DNA from: Bigelowiella natans CCMP2755
Lineage: Eukaryota; Protista; Cercozoa
NCBI GenBank assembly: GCA_000320545.1
Contig: ADNK01000121.1
Coordinates: forward strand, 1-53,270
Direction of reading: 5' to 3'
Length of the DNA: 53,270 nucleotides
In this document: in pieces, positions 23,832-38,305 of the stretch
How the letters are laid out: every line of letters begins with the position of its first letter
How positions within the stretch are numbered: the first letter of the stretch is position 1
Translations under genes and position numbers: made by a program
Notes under the pieces: generated by a model
The model's database searches: none
Told to the model about the DNA's origin: nothing
The model's input: the letters and a program-made list of their open reading frames with translations, nothing else

Positions 23832-24284
23832 GCTGTGGAGATTTCCCAAGTGAGGGTGGATCAAGGAAGTGGGTAGCCTTCAGGGTTGGAAACTGTAGGT
23901 AGGTTGGTGATCTCACAACCCCCGCAGTTAACCGGAACTTCAGTATGATCACACGGCGTTTTTCTCTATGCCGAATTTATAATGTATGACGTTGGTGTAG
24001 AATACCCTTGTTCTACATTCATAGGCAGCCTTTAACTGCAGGGAATATGGCATACCAGCGCCAATCCCCGGGATTACTCTATTCCCGGGATTTAATATGT
24101 GATTCCTTTAATGAGAATTTTCCCCTGGCTCTTTGTGGATAGTAGGTACCCGTATTCCGGAATTCGGATTTGCCGCCTTTAATTCTACCGGTAACCTCTA
24201 AGAGGGATAGGTCTTGACGCAGGATAAAAATCACATATATTCGGGTGTTAATCTTGAAAACTACCACATCCGAGCGGATGCGTT

Positions 24285-25476
24285 ATGGCTGCTTCCTCGC
24301 CTCCTTCCTCAGCGGCAAAACCAAAGCTCAGCCTACCGCCCATCGGATTTGGGTGTTGGCAACTCGGAAGCAAAGGAAAAGATGACTACTGGGGACTGGA
24401 ATTTACCGATAAACTAGCCAAGGCTCTGATAAAGCGTGCAGCAAGCAAGGGAATAGTATACTTCGATACGGCGGAAGCTTATTCCCAGGTTCAGTTCAAC
24501 ATACTTTGAACCAATAATGAGCAACAAATCATCGCAACTCTTTCGGTTGTAGGGAGATTCTGAGAAACAACTCGCGACGGCATTGAAGTGTCTGGAGCCT
24601 GATCTCCGAGCCAGGGTAGTGGTGGGTTCGAAGATTTTGCCGAATCACTGTTCGAACTGCCGCAATGCTCTAATGGGAACCCTGAAAAGATTGGATGCGA
24701 AAAGTATTGACCTCTACATGGTTCACTGGCCAATCACTAAAGTTGGAATGGCACACTTCGCCACTGAGGGCGAGTCAAAGCGTATTGACTACAGCAAAAG
24801 CGATTCTGATAAAATAAAAGAGGTTCCACCGACCACGAAGGCATTCCAGGATTTAATGCAGCTTCAAAAAGAGGGCCTGATCAAACATATTGGTGTGTCT
24901 AACTTTGGGGTAATACAATTGAAAGAGGCACTGGCGACTGGAGTAAAGATTGCAGTGAACCAAGTTGCGTACAACTTATTGTTCCGTGCGGTCGAGTACG
25001 AAGTGCTTCCATTTTGCAAGAAGCACAACATCCAGGTTTTGTGTTATAGTCCCTTGATGCAAGGTCTACTCACTGGACGGTATAAATCTACTAAAGATGT
25101 ACCTCCATATAGAGCTCGAACTCGGCATTACGACTCTCGTAAGAATAAACTATCACGCCATGGTGAAAATGGTTCTGAGGAACTCCTTTTCAAGACAGTT
25201 GAAAAAATCTCCGCAATAGCAGCAAAACACGGTCATACCATGGTAGAACTCGCCCTTTCTTGGCCCCTTAAGCAACCCGGGGTATCGTGCGTCATTGCAG
25301 GGGCCACGAAGGAATCCCAAGTTGATTCAAATGCTGCTGCATCTGTTGTGAAAATCTCAGAAGATGTTATCAAGGAACTTACAGAAAGCACAGAAGATTT
25401 GAAGGAAGCTCTAGGATCGAACATCGACATGTATCAGGGGTTTGTGAATGGTGTTCAGACTTCGCGTTGTTGTTGA
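24285..25476 (+). CDS. Aldo-keto reductase, 2 exons
   Basis: IGFGCWQLG, YFDTAEAY, GSK, IDLYMVHWP, IKHIGVSNF, NQVAYNLL, YSPLMQGLLTG, VIAGAT. The Asp-Tyr-Lys-His tetrad is present. Intron ~24489-24552. Confidence 0.95.
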
Positions 25477-26193
25477 ATTTGAATTCAAACTGACTTCATA
25501 GTTGAACTAGATTACATGCTCATTACGCTGTAACACGTGCGTACAATACTTTCCATCTAGTAATGCATCGCTATTTATTAATATTGATTAGTGCAGACCA
25601 CACTAGAGACAGCAATACCTTACTAATGTATAAATGTTGTGCCCGTTGGTATGAATAAGCAATAAAACACGCATCGCACGCTTCGTACTGGCAATCGTCT
25701 ACAGCTGCCTGTTGTCTATCTAGCTGTGCGCACCCGCCGCGATACGTGTTTTGGTACACCGTCCTGCTCAGCGTGCCAGATGCAAGGATCGATACGTTGT
25801 TATTTTCATTGCCGCTTATATCTAGTTGTGGCGAGCTAGTCAGCAGGCATAATACAGCGTCAAATGAAACTGCATATGTCGCACATGGGCAGGGTATAAC
25901 GTGACGTTCAGTTCAGTTGTAATAACGCTAACTAGATATAAAGGAGAGCATTGTGGGCCATGCAAATTGCACAGCAGCGTCCATACTGCATATCTGCAGT
26001 GCTAGGATGAAAATTTCCAGATTCGACATCGCGTCACCGCCGCCTCAAAGCGATCGGTCTTTCCTTTACAGTACAGAGCCAGCCCTACCTCTTTTTGTTG
26101 ATGTACGGTTAGATTAATATACAGCTGTTTCATTCTTCAAAACAGCAGCTTCAAGTGATCCAATTTGATCTTGACCTATAGCCATTCCTATTT

Positions 26194-27998
26194 TTATTTC
26201 ACTTGTTCTTCATTGCCTTTCTTCCTGTGTGTAACCTCCTTGAGTAAAGGACTTCGAGAAATCAGGGTATTCTTGTCCTTCCTCTTTGTGGATGTGAAGA
26301 ATTCTCCCTAATCCTTCCGCCTCCTCATTTTTCTGGACTTTTTGATTTCCTACGAATAAGATGTCAATTTCAAATATTAAGTCAAATAACGAAAATATAA
26401 TTAAACATTTAAAGTATTCACCTGCAGAATCATAGTGGTATATGCAGCTGAATCCTGCGACACAACCCTGAAAAGATTCAGTTTTGAATATTTTTGTAAT
26501 GAGTACGCTATCTTGGGAAAGAGCAGCAAGTTATATTCTTACCAGGTGTCCTTCTTGCCCAGGTTCACACATTTTGTTGAATTTGGATCCTGAATTCAAA
26601 CGTTCACTTGTTACTACACTTCTCCACTCAACCGAAATGTAATTTACAACCTGGCCAGAAATAGTTGCAGCAAGAGTTGGTTTTACATGGTGCCTTGTTA
26701 TCCTTCGGGATTGTAGGCTCAGGGGTGGGAAATGGAGTCGGGGGCTCAGTTGCTTTTGAATGATGTCCTTTCTGATTACTTTTCTTCAATTTCGCTGCTG
26801 CTGCCTCTCTCTTCTTCTTCAATTCCTGCTCGGCATGTTTTTTCTTTTTTTCCGCCTCCTCTTTTTCCTCTTCTTCTTCCTTCTTCTGAGCGTCGGAGAG
26901 GATTTCCTTGATTTTCTTTGCGTCGAGGCTATCACAGGTGCGGCTTTTCATTGGGCAAGCTCCGTTGAGAGGCTGCCATTAAGGATAGCTTAATCATCTG
27001 AACATTTCTAATATAATAATGAGAAACGGCCTACCTTATTGCAGCAATAACTACACATGAAAAATCCAATGCAGTTGGGATGAGGAGGGAGGTCCAGCAC
27101 GCAACGGGGGTCGTACATGGAACCGAGACCCACATCCTTATTCCCTGGAAAGAAGTGGCGGCAGCAAGCGCTAGAGTTGCACGGTGCTCGGTAAACTGAA
27201 TAATTAAAAAGATACCCCTTTTACTTCACAAATTACACGACTAAGGACAACATGAAGCAGCGCATACCTGGCTTCGGTGTTGGAGGTGGAGTGGCATACG
27301 GGTTTGCTTCTGGGGGTGGGGCCTTTCCACCTTTACTGCAAATGCGTAACAGAAAAATGTGATGTGATATTTAGAAATCATCTCTAGGAAATTATGTTCT
27401 ACCCAGCAGGGGCAGGTGCCGGTGCTCCAGGGCCACCAGGTGCCCAATCAGGAGGGGGGCCATTCCATGAGATACAACTTCCTGCAAGCCATTGCAAGCA
27501 TTCTGGGGCAGCTGTCGGTGAAGGACCCTTCGCTGGAACAGATTTTGCAGCCTTTGCCGAAGATTTCTTCGGGGTTGCTGGCGTTTGCTTAGCTGCTACG
27601 TGCTTTGGGGCTTCAACATGCTTCGGAGTCTCAACATGTTTAGGAGCCTCTACATGGGTTTGAGCCTGCTTCTGCTTAGGGACCTTTATGGCATCAAAGC
27701 TCGGAGATACATCTCTGTAGGACCCAGTGAGGTTTGACAAAACCTGAAATCAAATATGTTCTGGATGAAACGGGTTCCATTCGAAAACGAAGGTCACTAC
27801 TCGCCAAACCCTTCCCTTTTTGTGTCTTTGCTGACTGACCATTAGAAATCCCAGGACAGCAACAGTTCCGAGAGCGATCTTATGTGGATTAGTGATATTA
27901 TATCGAAGAGCATAGCGAATCCGCGAAAACGGTGAAGTTGTTGTGGAGGAGGAGAGAGAAGCACCCTCCTCCATCGTCGCCACGCTCTGCTGCTCCAT
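26194..27998 (-). CDS. Hypothetical single-pass (type II-like) membrane protein with Pro/Lys-rich stalks and two Cys-rich repeats
   Basis: About 8 exons in frame. Hydrophobic IALGTVAVLGFLMV, (HVE[AT]PK)x3, APCNSSACCRHFFPG...CVLDLPPHPNCIGFFMCSY, a charged coiled segment, PPTPFPTPEPT, APCKTNSCCNYFWPG...CEPGQEGHLGCVAGFSCIY, ...EEQVK*. Confidence 0.7.
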
Positions 27999-28976
27999 TA
28001 AGATTATGTCACTCCGTTATCTATTTCCACATTAAATTTACTCCTATATTATTAAACGTCATAAAGATTTTGCTGACGCATCAATAAATCCATCCAAGAT
28101 CTGAACTGTAGAAACAAAAATGTCGCTTTTTTGGTCTTAAGGGGGGATACGCGTCTCACCTTCCAAATGCAAGTCGCCTCTGAGAAATTCAGGGATAATA
28201 TTCGGAAATATACTCTAGGACTGAGCAAATACCTCGAAAACGCCGTTGCATTTAATGGAATGGACCATGCTCCTCAACAATAGACAAAGAGAAGAGGTTA
28301 ACCCCCGAGAAAAACTCTATCGGAAAAACCGACATTATCCTGGCACTATCGGAATTCAAGATGTTCCTCTAGTATGCCCAATTTTCCTTGTCGCTTTAGT
28401 AAGAAAGATGGACACTTTGATATATCTATATGCAACGTTTTTAAATGTGTTGCAAACACTATCGCGACATCGCAATATTGTTGTCTCAAGTAGCCATTTA
28501 TGCCTTTTCAATTTATCTACATACATGTTTCAAAATGGGTGTCCGTTTGATTGAGGGCTATCTGGGGACCTGCCGCTAGCCATAGTAGGGGTAGCAATGT
28601 TGTTAAAGGTTGCTCCATCCTGTCCATGGAAGTTTATCAACTTGTAGTTCCTTTAATTCCCACGTGAAATATGAGTCGGAAAAGCAGGAGCAGGTATTAC
28701 ATAAGCATAATCTTCCTCTTCGGGTGAGAAGGGGAAGGTTTCGTCTGTCTCTACATTAATGGTTTAAAAAAATTGTAGGAGAACCAAAAAGGCGTATGCA
28801 AAAGACTTTCGAGGTTATTTTCTATGTTGTATTTAATTGGAAAGTGGGTGAGATTTTGTTTACGTGCAGGAGCTCTCACCGACAACCCGTTTAGCTACGC
28901 TCCGTTGGCAAAATTGGTCGACGTCAGGTATCATTATCATCGTTCACGGTTACGTTGGGCCAATCGTTCAGGACTC

Positions 28977-31139
28977 ATGAAAATCTTTTTGTCAGCCATG
29001 AGAGAAAGCCACGGCCGGAAGCCTACAATTTGCGTTCAAACAGAACGGAGAGTACATGGCGCGAACCGGCTCATCCATTCAAACACACTTCCATTGAGTA
29101 CGTCTCTTTGTCGCAGCAAACAGAAAACTATGACATAATCTTATTTTTTTTGCAAGGTTCGACTCTATCTCTCTTGGGAAAAATCCACGTGTCCTGTATA
29201 TGTCGGGGTCTCGCAAGGTTTTATCAGAGAAGCGGAAGAAGACGAAGAAGAAGAAAAGGGCAGGCAAGCTGTCGAAGACAAAGACTCGGTTGACGGTGGC
29301 CACTCTGGGTTCTGTAGCTCGTTCAAAGATATCTCTGTCGAGGTCATCGGTGAAATCCATGCCAGAAGGAAAAAATTCCGACCAGGAACCGTCCCCTACC
29401 AATAAAGAGGAGCCAATATCGCCGTTTATGAAGAACATAATTGACTTCTTGAAGGAGTGCAAAGACAACCAGGTAAGGGAAAAAATGCAACTAGGTTATA
29501 GCTTCAAGGATCTTATCTCTCCGTTTTAATCATGTCACAGAAGTTAGCAAGGGAACGAAAATTACAGGCAAACATCGAGAGAAAAGCAGAGCGGGAGGTA
29601 GAGCAGAGAAGATCTGAGGCCATTACGGAAGAAATGGCTCGCACGAGGGAGAAGATTCGACTCCGGGACCAGGCATCAAGGAAAGACCAAGCGCCGAAGG
29701 ATTTAGTGCTAACATTCATTACCAAGATTCAACCCAACATGCTAGACTCCTTCCGAACAGCATTTCTTAAAACCCCGAGGTAGTTAAATAGTGGTCATGC
29801 ATGGTGCCAGTTGAGCAACGTAAAGAGTAGCCACAATAGCTTCATGATGTCACTTGTTACATTCTTCAGAACAACATCGCGAAACAGTAACGAATATGAT
29901 TGTATCCCTCCTCCTTTGCTCCTTTCACCATATCCCCATCATCATGGTCATCCGAAGAAACGCTATGGGCCACAAGGAATTCATAAGCATGATAGAATGG
30001 GAGCTGTCTAAGGCGAGAAATGATATCGGAGAAGGGTTGACAACGTTCAATGGCAATGTGGATGCAATCGACCCTTTCGACATTACCATCGCTGACGAGA
30101 TGTTCCGAACTCTGCCCCGGACGAAAAGGTCTCTTTCCCGAACCACCTCCGCAGTATTGCATGTTACAAGAATGATGACATTTTTAAAAACCTGTGACGA
30201 TGGCGAATTGACTGAGCTGCACAAAGTGATGATGTTGAATTTGAAGAACCCGCTTTTCCAATGTATGCTCGAATTCATGGCTGCTCTTTCTTTCTTTCCT
30301 CCAAGGAACGAGGTTGAGTGGGACACCTTCTTGACGTTCGTCACGGAGATATGTCAGGCCAAGCTAGGCGTAAGTGCTGATGATGACAAAGGCCTTGCTG
30401 GCGTTTACCATCTGGACCCTACAGTCGAAGACCCTGAGCGACATGATCATCCCATACATGCAGTACGCACATTCCATGGGTTAGTTTGTTAGATACTAAC
30501 AATTGCGGCACCAGTAGCAGCTGTTGTAGCTCACTGCTTTGCTTTTCCCCACCTCCGCCCTTCAAACACGCAGGCTTCCGTACTATGTCGTGATAAGGCA
30601 GGGCGATCCTAGAGTGTTGCTCTACAGCAGTAAGATTTGCATAACCACAGCAGCTCAGTTTCTTTCATCACATAGGCAGCTGCGGATAGATGATGATATT
30701 GGATGTGTGCACACAATGATGTGACATAACCAGGGTTCATGAAACCTCGAATTGCGCTAACAGATCTCAGGGGCGCAGCATTGGATGCCGCCTACATAGT
30801 AATGATTTTGCGACACAGAGACTGCTGCTGCTGCTGCTGCTTCTATTCGCCACGAAGCTGGAAATGATGAAGACATGATGATAAAAATGATAATGATGAT
30901 GATGATGATGGTTTGTTTCTTGTTAACACGGTTTTTATACCCGTTATCACCGATATTTTCATCATCATCATTATCAAGCCATCATCTTCTTCTTCTTTTC
31001 CATCACCATCAGGATCATCTTGGGCTGCTTATATTCCTTTGCTTGGATCACTCCTTGGTCTTCTTCCGGAAGGAGTATCGAACAGGCAAATTCATAATTG
31101 TCAACAGATGGCCAATGCCTTCGCTCATAACAAAGGTGC

Positions 31140-31173
<34 letters not shown>

Positions 31174-32839
31174 GCAACAAGAACAACTGCTACTACTACC
31201 ACTGCAAAGAATGGCAGTGATGGGCGTTGTCTCAGAGAAAGAGAAACCGCATAGTGACATTCAAAAAGCTGCACAAGCACTGAATGAAGTCATCAATGTC
31301 CTAATGTTATCATGCCTCCACCCCCCCCCCCCCCCCCCCAAGATTGCCTGGAATCTTAAAGGATCTCGAACAGATTTGTTCCTCGCTGATAACCAGGTGG
31401 TCTGCCTATAACCCCCTCTCCGATTTTCAGTATTGTTTTTACAGGAAGAGGAAGCAGATAGTAGTAGCTCATGAGATGATTTGTAGTCGTCGTCGTCGTC
31501 GTCGTCGTCATCATAATCATCGTAATACATCATCTTATCATCACCGCCACTCTATCATCGTCAGGGAAACATATCGATATTCGACATATCGTACGGAGAG
31601 ACGAAGAGGATCCTCAATACCAGCCACTTGTCCCCCATAGCCGCCCTCATCACCATGAAAACGGTCACAAGGTTAGCCACGAAGCAAGAGCACAAGTTCT
31701 TTCTAGCTGCTGCCTGCGGCTCCTCGATCTACGTCTGGCCGACGGAAAAGCTGCTGAATACAGACACGTCGGGTGAGCACGATGGGGATCCTACGCAAGT
31801 GCTGCAGCACTACGAAAAGACCGAGGCAGGGGCGTCAGACCCGTCATCTAGGATCACAGCGATGGCCTATTGGGAGAAGAAACGTATCATCCTCTCCGGA
31901 TGCTCTCAGGGTTACATTGCGTGTTTCCGTTTCAAGGAGGCGACGATCATAGGCAACAACAGCAACAACAACAACTACAACACAGCAGCAGCAGGAAAGC
32001 ACAAATCACCGGTGTCGGCAAGGACAACATCCAACAACATGCCGTTTTCCTCCTCTCCACTACGTTCTAGCACAAAGAATGGAGCTAATTCTCGCAGGGT
32101 GAAGCGCATCGAGCTCGGCGCAGCAGTGGCCACGATCCATATCCAGGAGTCAAGTGGGCTGGCATTCGTTGCGGCGTATAATGGGCACTTTCTCTCCATT
32201 GTCCTAAGCTCTCTTGAGGTGCTCCAGCGCTTCGGTCTTCCCGCAGTTCAAGAACATCGCGTTAAGCTGGGAGGACCTCCTCCGTTGACAGCAGCAAACA
32301 CGGTGACGACACCGACAAGCGCCGCGAAGCTGGGGGCGGGGGAGGGATCAAATACGAAGAACACTCCCGGTACATCAAATCCGTTGTCTCCTTCGTCGTC
32401 GTCTCCGAAGTCCTCCTCCATCAGCGGGGGGGCTGCTGGGAGGGACGATGGGCAATACATGGCAGATGCGAAGTGCGTTGGGCTTGTCAGTCTCTCCAGC
32501 ATTGGTGCTGGATATGACCAGAACGAGCAGGAGCAGCAACAACAACAACAACAACACAGCAATGACACGCTAGTTGCCGCATGCAGGGACCGGCTTAGAT
32601 TGTACCGGTCTAGGAAGGTTGTGACTAAGATGGCAAACGACTCGAGAATCGTGTTCACTGGGTTTTCAAAGTAGTGTTGCTTCTTCTTCTAGTAGTAGTA
32701 GTATTACTACTACTACCACCTTCTTGTCACCACTATTCGCACTGCCACGCCACTGCATATTCATAATTATCATTGCTAACATAGTATTCCCGAGTCATCG
32801 TAGTTGTAGTTGTAGTTGTAGTTGTTGTAGTTGTTGTTG

Positions 32840-32871
<32 letters not shown>

Positions 32872-34503
32872 GGTGGTGGTGGTGGTGCAGAGGCAGTTAG
32901 TAGGTAGCTGTAGAAGCAGCCAAAAACTACTTAGCTTCTCCCTCTTACCAATTTTCGTCTTCTTCCTCCTCCTCCTCCTCCTCCTCCTGCTGCTGATCTT
33001 ACTAATCCTCGTCTTTGGCTGCATCTTTTTCCTACTATTTCTATCAACCTTCTGTTTGTGGAACTAGGGCGTATCAGGTGGTGGTCACGGTCGGAGGCGA
33101 GTCTGCAGACGTATGGGAGACGACCACGGGAGCCTTATCTCGTCAATTTTCATTACGGTTCAAAGCGGCTGGTTATGATGATGATACCGATGAAGCTGTG
33201 GGTGGGGGTTCAATTGAGAGAGCGTCTGCAGGAGCTCTTGACAGGGACGGCAGATCTCTCTTCGTGGGTACGACTTCAGGATACATCGGAGGATACAATC
33301 TCGCCACTGTAATATTAATAATTTTAATAATAATAATAATAGTAATAATTTATCGTTGCGCTGCTGTGGTGTTGCGTGTCCTTTCTGTGTCGTCGTCGTC
33401 GTCATCGTCGTCTTCGATGCCGTGATATAATCGTCGTCCTAAATTGACGCGTTTGTTCTGTTTCTGGGCACTTGCTCCTCGATGTCCTCCTCCTCCTCCT
33501 CCTCCTCCTCCTCCTCCTCCTCCTCCCCCTCCTCGTTGTCCAGGGGACCAAATTCGCCGAAGTATCATTTCACACAGCTGAGATTAGCGCCCTGGCTGTG
33601 CTCGAGAATAAGCACATAGGAGGCGTTCGGTTGATCGCCTCGTCGTGGGACGGCATGACAACGAGGCACAAGATAAACCAAGCAGGGCACCGACACATCA
33701 TCACTGGAAGCATCTCGAAGGGGGTGTTAAGCAAAAGGGTTAGCCACCACAAAGGGGAGGTGTGGTGTATGCAATACTCAAGGAAATTGGGCCTCGTTGC
33801 CACTGGTAAGTAGCAGCAGCAGCAGTAGTAGTAGTAGTTGTTGTTGTACTGCGATAGTCTGCTGCTGCTGATGATGATGCTGCTGCTGCTGATGATGATG
33901 ATGATGGTGGTGATGTTGAGTGTATCTGTGTATAGATGTGTATGAAAGGGGGGGGGAGGGAAAGGTGTCACAAAAAAGCGACAAGAGCAATCGGAGTAGC
34001 ACCACCCATGTGTCAAAGTTCAGCATCACTGTTACTACCACAACATCACACCGCCGCCCCCCACCCTTCAAATCTCCCCTCTCTGAAGTACTCACGGACG
34101 ACGTGTTGCTAATGTGTTGTCTATCCTCCCCATTTCTCCTCGATGCCATCATCATCAGCATCACCAACAACAACAACACCATCATCGTATCCTTTTACAT
34201 GACCACCATCATCCTTTAATTCACGTCATCTCGCTATTATCTGCGTTCGATCGTTCGTTGTGTAGGAGGGCAGGACGGGTCTGTGTGCGTATATCCTGAC
34301 ACTCTTCAAGGCATCTACCACCGCCTATGGCGATCGGATCTGGCAGATTCCGTCAGTATGGCGGGCATGAACAAGGCCGTCCATTTCGCAGAAAGCTTGC
34401 GCAAGAAGGCATTTGATAGGATCTACGCTACGAGGCCTCGCCCATCGATAATACCGAACACAGTAGTAGTAACCCCAATGCCAGTTTTTCCGACATTTAG
34501 ATT

Positions 34504-34541
<38 letters not shown>

Positions 34542-35448
34542 TGTTCTCGCTGCCATTATATTGGCCCTACATGCATTGCTTTATTGTGCTGTGCCGCTTG
34601 CTCTACCCTGAGTTGCTCCTCCTCCTCCCCCTCCCCCTCCTCCTCCCTCCCCTCCCATGCTTAGTATCATCCCCCTCCATCTCCGCTCCCTGGCGTGTCA
34701 TGCCTCGAGTTCATCACGGGATGGTCCACTCTTTTCATCGGCAACGACATCGGAAGTGGAACGTTCCAGTACCTCACAGCCGGCACGAAGGTGAGGCTGT
34801 GGAAGGGCGAGATCTGCAGAGGGCAGGCCCTCACCTCCGCGCTGTTTCATAAAGACTCGAAAATGCTGATTGTCAGCACTAGCAAAGGTCGGGTTTTTGG
34901 GTTCAAGCTACAGAGGCTGCCCCCCCCCAACAGTCATACGAGACGTACCGTGCACGTTCTTCGATATGTGCTCACGGAGTCCATGGGGGATGCGCCGGTG
35001 TACAGCATCATCGCGACTACGAACAACACCGGCATCACGTACATGAGCATATTCAGCATTGCCTCGCCCCCGTCTTTGCGCAAGGATAACAAGTTGGAAG
35101 CAGGAGGCAGCAGCAGCAGCAGTAGGAAGAAGAAGGAGAAGAAGAAACCCAAGAAGGGGAGCACTAGCAGCAGCAAAAGGAGGGTGGTGGCTGCTGCATG
35201 GGAAAGCAAAGATGAACGTTGCAGCGAGAAAAAGCAATTCCCTTCGTCATCATCATCATCATCATCATCACCACCATCTCCTTCATCGGCACTGGCAGCA
35301 TCTTCTCCCTCCCTCTTCCTCCTTGTTGCGGCAGATAACGGGGGTAGCACCATGTACTGTGTACACAGTGGCGATAGGATAGGCGAGTTATCACAGGTAT
35401 CAAATCGTGTGTGTCAATAGAAAGAGAGAGGGATGGGGGAGGGGGGGG

Positions 35449-35494
<46 letters not shown>

Positions 35495-36850
35495 CGTCGT
35501 TGCTCCTGGCCTTCTCGAGCAGAAGACCCAATACGCAATGTTTTGCTATGTGCTGTCGTCATTACTGCGTCGAGAAAGGCAATTCATCATCCGTACTATT
35601 TCATCATCGACGATTTTCCATGCGTAGTGATTTCCTCTTGCCTTCCGAGTTTCTTTTTGTTCGGTCGGTCGCTAGGCCCCTTCCCCTCCCCCCCCCTCTC
35701 TCTCCTCGAATCACCCAGCGATTCCCATATTCGCTTTTCCGCACGATGCTCCTACTATTTCATCACGGTTGTTCTTTGCGCCACCACTCTTATCCTGGCA
35801 CTACTGCGCAGCTCTACACACGGGACCTTATAGAACAAACTCAAGAAGAAGATGACGCTGCTTCCGCAGCGGAAGAGGGGGGGGGCTGGGATCGCACAAT
35901 CGACATTTCTCAATTCGCCTCTGAAAAACTGGCGAGTGCAAAGAGCTACTTGCCTGCTGTTAAGAAGGCCAAGGTGCATGGTGAATGTTAGTAGTAGTGG
36001 CAGTAGTAGCAGCAGTAGTAGTAGCAGTAGTAGTAGTAGGTTTGTGCATGGACGATATCGTAAGAGAAAGAGAGAGAGTTGTAAAATATGATGGCAATAG
36101 TCAAGGAGTAAGTGTGGATAAGGTAGTATTTGGATCGGTATTCTTGTCCTTGTTTATACACGCCCCCTCCTTCTTCCCATGGCAAGCGTCTCCTCCACAT
36201 ACTGTTTGGTATATTCCTTATGAAAGACTTCCCCACTACTGTAGGGAAAATTTGCTGCAGAGATTGCTGCTAAAGGAACCCGGCCTTTGGACTTCGAGGC
36301 ATTAGCCAGGGACTTAACGCATCGTTGGACCATTCAAAACCCGATGTACGACGTCAGAGAGGCATATAGTGCCCGCTCGCATAAAGACAGGAAGTAAGGA
36401 AAAGAACTGTTGTAGGAATAAGAAATAAAATAATGTCAATATTGAGAGAGGCCCTCACTCCATACTTGGTACTCGTATGCTCTATGTTACATCAATCTGC
36501 TCTCCTTCGCTCCTTTTCCTGCCCTCTCTTCGCCTCGTCCTTCCCCCATCGCTTCCTTGCACCCTAAACTACACCCGCTTGATCATCGCAGGGACACATT
36601 CATAATTGAAAACATTTGTTCTTCCACAAGGCACACCACCGGGTGGCTTAGTTCAACTCGCGACGACACTGCGACGATAATGGTGCGCAAGAAGAAAAAG
36701 AATGGGAGGACTGCGAAGGGAGTGATGAATAGAGACTCGCGCTTTAAGTTGAGGAAAGCTTGGGCTTCGTCCGCCTCAAATCCTCGACAGCAGCAGCAGC
36801 GGCAGCAACAGCACCTTTCACTTAGCGGGAATAACAAAGGGGGTAGATAG
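28977..36850 (+). CDS. Large WD40-repeat protein with degenerate EF-hand-like N-terminal region (WDR49/WDR64-like architecture); ends approximate
   Basis: WD-type segments FFLAAACGSSIYVWP, ITAMAYWEKKRIILSGCSQGYIACF, VVVTVGGESADVWETTTG, SLFVGTTSGYIGGYNL, FHTAEISAL..LIASSWDG, HHKGEVWCMQYSRKLGLVATG, LTAGTKVRLWK, LLVAADNGG. EVEWDTFLTFV resembles an EF-hand exit helix. Confidence 0.72.
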
Positions 36851-38034
36851 GATATAGAAATAACCGAGAGCATGGCTGTTCCAGCCAAATTAATTTTATA
36901 GTAGCTTCATGCACACCTCCATAATTTAAAATTATTAAGCATTACTAGGAAGTCATCAACAGCTTTGGATTTTGATGCATTATGCCCTCCGCATTTCAAT
37001 GTCTATAGATGTAGATGCATGTAGGCTGTGTATTGATAGCTTTGTGCAATGATAGCTTTACTCGCTTCGTTAGAGTCATGCATATTAGTTTAATAACTGC
37101 ATCAGAGTGTCGATTAGCGTAGCAATGGTAAGGATGGCACACGGCATAATAGCATGCGCATAAGTATGCATCACGCACCAACATAAACAAATATAAACCT
37201 ATTCTTTTAATGCAAGTACGAAACGCCTGATCACGAATTTTATTAAATACAGGAACTTAAACTATGAAATATTTAAATACATCTGAGATATATAGCTGAT
37301 AACTAGACGGATTTGGGGTCATCAATATTGTGAAAAGGGGGGTGGGCTCCTTGAGATGTGGCATCATATCCATTCCACGCCGCGCAGCGCGCCGTCCTAT
37401 CAATCAACAGAACTACTCTTGACCGTCGATCACCATATCAATCTAGTTCAGCATGCTGCGTTATACATTGCAGTAGCAGATACAATATGTAAGAAAGCGA
37501 AAGCTCGCGCAACAAGTCCGTTTCCAATCGCTCACAGTCTAGAGGCCAGAAATACAAAAACTGCATTAGCTGTTTGAAGCATTCGATAATGCCATGGTAT
37601 CTTCTTCTTCTTCTTCTTGCTCCGTCGTAGCTATTATCCTGATAGTCGAATTTTCTCCTGATGGTGCTCGGTCTCTTTCATCCTCTTCTTCTTCTTCTCC
37701 TTTTTCTTCGGCCTACTTTGGTTCCGCTGCTGCTCCTCCCCTGGTTTGTATGGAGACGGCGATGGTACCCTTGGGTGGTATGTGGGGGAAGGAGGTCATC
37801 ATTTGTCATATCGCCTGCAGCAGCCGCCGGTGATGAGTGTGGAGACTTAAAAGAAGAAGAAGAAGAAGAAGATGATGATGATGATGAAATCACATCGAGG
37901 AGGGACACGCCAACCTGACACTTGGATGAAGGGCGTTGCTCGTCTAAGAACGACAGGCATTAATAAGGGGAGGAAGAAGAAGATGATGGTGATGATGATG
38001 ATGATGATGATGATGATGGTGATGGTGATGATGG

Positions 38035-38068
<34 letters not shown>

Positions 38069-38253
38069 AACACGATAGGGTCGATTACACCAATGAATAG
38101 GAAGAGATGCTGCTATGGCGTGAACGATGACAAAGTGATGAGAAAATGAAACAGATTATCGATTGCTGATGAGCTTTTTCTACAAAATTCTTTGGATTTT
38201 CAAGAATAATGGCCACCCCCTGCTCCTCTGATCGGAAAGGTAGCATTTTCCTC

Positions 38254-38305
<52 letters not shown>

